Assembly: GCA_050253415.1 (NCBI GenBank)
Contig: JBFWJC010000003.1
Span: 160,001 to 224,000 of the forward strand
Reading direction: 5' to 3'
Source: Pedobacter sp.
GTDB lineage: Bacteria; Desulfobacterota; Desulfuromonadia; Desulfuromonadales; Syntrophotaleaceae
Length of the DNA: 64,000 nt
Every line of letters begins with the position of its first letter. Positions within the stretch are counted from its first letter, which is position 1. Positions 61,446 through 64,000 of this stretch are shown piece by piece. The translations under genes and the position numbers were made by a program. A model generated the notes under the pieces. It worked only from the letters and a program-made list of their open reading frames with translations, had not been told where the DNA came from and did no database searches.

Positions 61446-61618
61446 TGCGCCTTCGCGGGCACATGACTAAAAGATTTTTCCTCATGTTTAATCCGGCAGG
61501 TGACTGCCGATACGATGTCATAGGCAGCGATGCCGGTTTATGCATCGCAGCGTTCGTTGTTTCCTGAGATGTGATCCTCAAGCGCGTTCCCCCGGCGGGG
61601 AAAATGAAGGGAGATACC

Positions 61619-63697
61619 ATGGGAAAGTACGACACGGCTAGGTTGAGGAATTTTGGAGTTGTTGCACACGGCGGGGCGGGTAAGACCTCCCTGGTCGAGG
61701 CCATGCTGTTCTGCAGCGGGGTGACAGACCGACTGGGGCGGGTCGATGACGGCAGTTCGTTGATGGATCACCAGCCCGAGGAGATCAAACGAACCAGTTC
61801 CATCGATGTCAGTTCCTGCTTCCTTCCATGGAAGGAGCATGAGTTGAACATCCTTGATACCCCGGGGTACGCAAACTTTTTGCATGATACGCGCAACTGT
61901 CTGCGCGTGGTTGACAGCCTGGTCTTACTGGCTTCGGCCATTTCCGGGGTTAAATCCCAGACCCAGAAGATCTGGGAGTGGGGGCAAGAGTATAAGCTGC
62001 CGGCGGTTGCGTTCGTAAGTAAGATGGATCGCGAACGGGCCAATTTCAACAACGCTGTGGCCTCCATGACGGAAGCCTTGTCGATACGGGCCATACCGCT
62101 GGTGGTGCCCATTGGCGCGGAAAGCACCTTCCGGGGGTTGATCGATCTCATCACCATGCAGGCGTATCTGTTTAACGATGAGGCCGAAAGCGGTGTTGAA
62201 CCTGTAGAAATTCCTGCTGAATTGCTGGAGGAGGCACAGATTCAGCGTATCGCTTTGGTGGAAGCCGCAGCCGAAACCGACGATGTGCTGATGGAAAAAT
62301 ATCTTGAAGAAGACAATCTGGCTGAGGATGAAATCCGCTCCGGGTTGCGGGCTGCGACCCTGGCCGGAGAGATTGTACCGGTATTGTGCGGCAGCGGCCC
62401 TGCCAACCGTGGAGTATCTTTTTTGCTCGATGCAATCAATTTGTGCCTGCCGTCTCCTGGGGACCGGCCCGCTGCTATCGGGATGGAGCCTAAGTCGGAC
62501 GAAATGGTTGAACGACTGCCGGCCGCCGATGCACCATTTTCGGCTCTGGTGTTCAAGACTATTAGTGATCCATACACCGGTAAGCTGAATCTGTTACGTG
62601 TTTATTCCGGGCAAATTAAGTCCGATTCGACGACCTATAATGCCAATCGTGATAGCGCAGAGCGTATCGGGCAGCTATTCAAGATGGTTGGTAAAAAACA
62701 GGTGACGGTCGATGTGGCCATGCCGGGTGAGGTTGTAGCGGTTGCCAAGCTTAAGGAAACCGTTACCGGCGACACTTTGTGTGACGGTGCTCACGCCATT
62801 CGGCTTGAGTTTCCCGCGCCGATGAAACCGGTGATTTCCTTTGCGCTTGAAGCACGCAGTAAAAATGATGAGGACAAAATTCATTCGTCCTTGCAACGAC
62901 TGGTCGAGGAAGACCCGACTTTGCAGCTTGTGCGCGATGAGGAAACCCATGAATTGATACTGTCAGGGATGGGGCAGGTTCATGTTGAGGTTACGGTCGA
63001 AAAGCTCAAGCGCAAGTTCAATGTTGAGGTTGAGCTCAAGGAACCCAAAGTACCTTATCGGGAGACCTTGCGCGGCAGTGCCAAATTGCAGAGTAAATAT
63101 AAAAAACAGTCCGGAGGCAGAGGCCAATATGCCGACGTGTGGCTTGAATTCACTCCTTTGAAGCGTGGCGAAGGTTTTCAGTTCGAGGATAAAGTCGTAG
63201 GAGGTGCGGTGCCGCGTCAGTATATCCCTGCGGTTGAAAAGGGTATCCATGACGCAGCGGCATCCGGTGTCCTTGCAGGGTTTCCCACTGTTGACTTTAA
63301 AGCAACGCTTTTTGACGGTTCTTTTCATACCGTCGACTCATCGGAAATGGCCTTTAAGATTGCCGGTTCCATGGGCTTTAAAAAAGGCGCTGAGATGGCC
63401 TCTCCGGTATTGCTGGAACCGATCATGAAAATGGAGATTACGGTGCCTGATGAGTGTGTCGGGGATGTGATCGGTGATATGAACTCCCGGCGTGGCAAGG
63501 TGCTGGGGATGGACCCCAAAGCCGGTAATCAACAGATCAATGTGCTGGTGCCTTTGGCCGAGGTGCTTAAATACTCCCCGGAACTCCGTTCCATGACTTC
63601 GGACCGAGGGATGTTTAGTATGGAATTCTCGCATTACGAAGATGTGCCTGCCCATCTGACCACAAAGCTTCTTGCCGAATTGAAGCGTGAGGAATAA
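61619..63697 (+). CDS. fusA: Elongation factor G paralog (EF-G II type)
   Basis: AHGGAGKTS, DTPG, KMD, GMGQVH, KKQSGG.GQY, FH.VDSSE.AF, LEP; located outside the str operon. Confidence 0.88.
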   Translation: MGKYDTARLRNFGVVAHGGAGKTSLVEAMLFCSGVTDRLGRVDDGSSLMDHQPEEIKRTSSIDVSSCFLPWKEHELNILDTPGYANFLHDTRNCLRVVDSLVLLASAISGVKSQTQKIWEWGQEYKLPAVAFVSKMDRERANFNNAVASMTEALSIRAIPLVVPIGAESTFRGLIDLITMQAYLFNDEAESGVEPVEIPAELLEEAQIQRIALVEAAAETDDVLMEKYLEEDNLAEDEIRSGLRAATLAGEIVPVLCGSGPANRGVSFLLDAINLCLPSPGDRPAAIGMEPKSDEMVERLPAADAPFSALVFKTISDPYTGKLNLLRVYSGQIKSDSTTYNANRDSAERIGQLFKMVGKKQVTVDVAMPGEVVAVAKLKETVTGDTLCDGAHAIRLEFPAPMKPVISFALEARSKNDEDKIHSSLQRLVEEDPTLQLVRDEETHELILSGMGQVHVEVTVEKLKRKFNVEVELKEPKVPYRETLRGSAKLQSKYKKQSGGRGQYADVWLEFTPLKRGEGFQFEDKVVGGAVPRQYIPAVEKGIHDAAASGVLAGFPTVDFKATLFDGSFHTVDSSEMAFKIAGSMGFKKGAEMASPVLLEPIMKMEITVPDECVGDVIGDMNSRRGKVLGMDPKAGNQQINVLVPLAEVLKYSPELRSMTSDRGMFSMEFSHYEDVPAHLTTKLLAELKREE

Positions 63698-63786
63698 TCG
63701 GCGCTTTTTTGTTATGATCATGGCCGCCGGCGTGTGCCATCCGTCGTCGGCCATCCCTTTTGCTGAACAGTGGCATATGACTATCC

Positions 63787-64000
63787 ATGAATGAATCCGG
63801 TTCTCAAAAAAACAAACAGTCGGTGCGCCTTAAAGTATCATCACGGGTGTCTCGGATCGTTGCTGGCACTGATGGACGGGACCAGCAATTGCGTGCAATC
63901 AGGGGACAACTCGATCTTACAGATGCCGAACGTCTGACCTTGTTGATTTATTTCGGGCAAGGGTCGGATCGGGAATTGATCCATGAAACCCGACAGGCTC
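63787..64000 (+). CDS. Hypothetical protein (runs off the window end)
   Basis: Open frame MNESGSQKNKQSVRLKVSSRVSRIVAG... with no stop before the window end. Confidence 0.5.
   Translation, partial: MNESGSQKNKQSVRLKVSSRVSRIVAGTDGRDQQLRAIRGQLDLTDAERLTLLIYFGQGSDRELIHETRQA

Noticed and set aside
1..64000. CRISPR array, cas genes, prophage, IS, rRNA, intein, selenocysteine recoding
   Set aside because: No regularly spaced repeats, transposase, integrase or phage motifs seen; DnaB and Lon have normal lengths; the one broken gene is a frameshift, not an in-frame TGA

Overview
64 kb of mostly core chromosome from a deltaproteobacterium of the Desulfuromonadales. The eukaryote-like citrate synthase, rlmN-mtnP linkage and dusB-ntrB-ntrC point there; the gene content resembles Syntrophotalea/Pelobacter (inference, not checked). 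Gene order: partial rlmN-mtnP-pilF-like TPR-rodZ-PNP; receiver and Usp; a frameshifted receiver-histidine kinase; FAD oxidoreductase-yhaM-MBL-coaBC; Zn-phospholipase C family; UDG-fetAB-like; an MshEN-fused AAA ATPase; the translation/replication cluster ispE-tRNA-Gln-prs-rplY-pth-hppA-ychF-rpsF-rpsR-DUF2232-rplI-dnaB; ntrC-ntrB-dusB; gltA; an AT-rich orphan GNAT-histidine kinase fusion; a NodIJ-like ABC pair; carbonic anhydrase-YkgJ-RNase Z-like; an MCP; a J-domain/MshEN-like protein; polyprenyl synthase; lon; an M16 peptidase pair; marC; YkgJ; yihY; lpxH; ZIP; a beta-barrel; DUF364; PhoU-like; an OmpA/MotB lipoprotein; nadC-birA-coaX; an EF-G paralog. I saw no CRISPR array, prophage, IS or rRNA. 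Best leads: the GNAT-kinase fusion next to gltA, two non-pilus proteins with MshEN-like c-di-GMP motifs, the homopolymer-frameshifted kinase, a possible terminator/antiterminator switch before prs, a Cys/His insert in DnaB and a dispersed palindromic repeat. All calls rest on motif recognition by eye; no searches were run.
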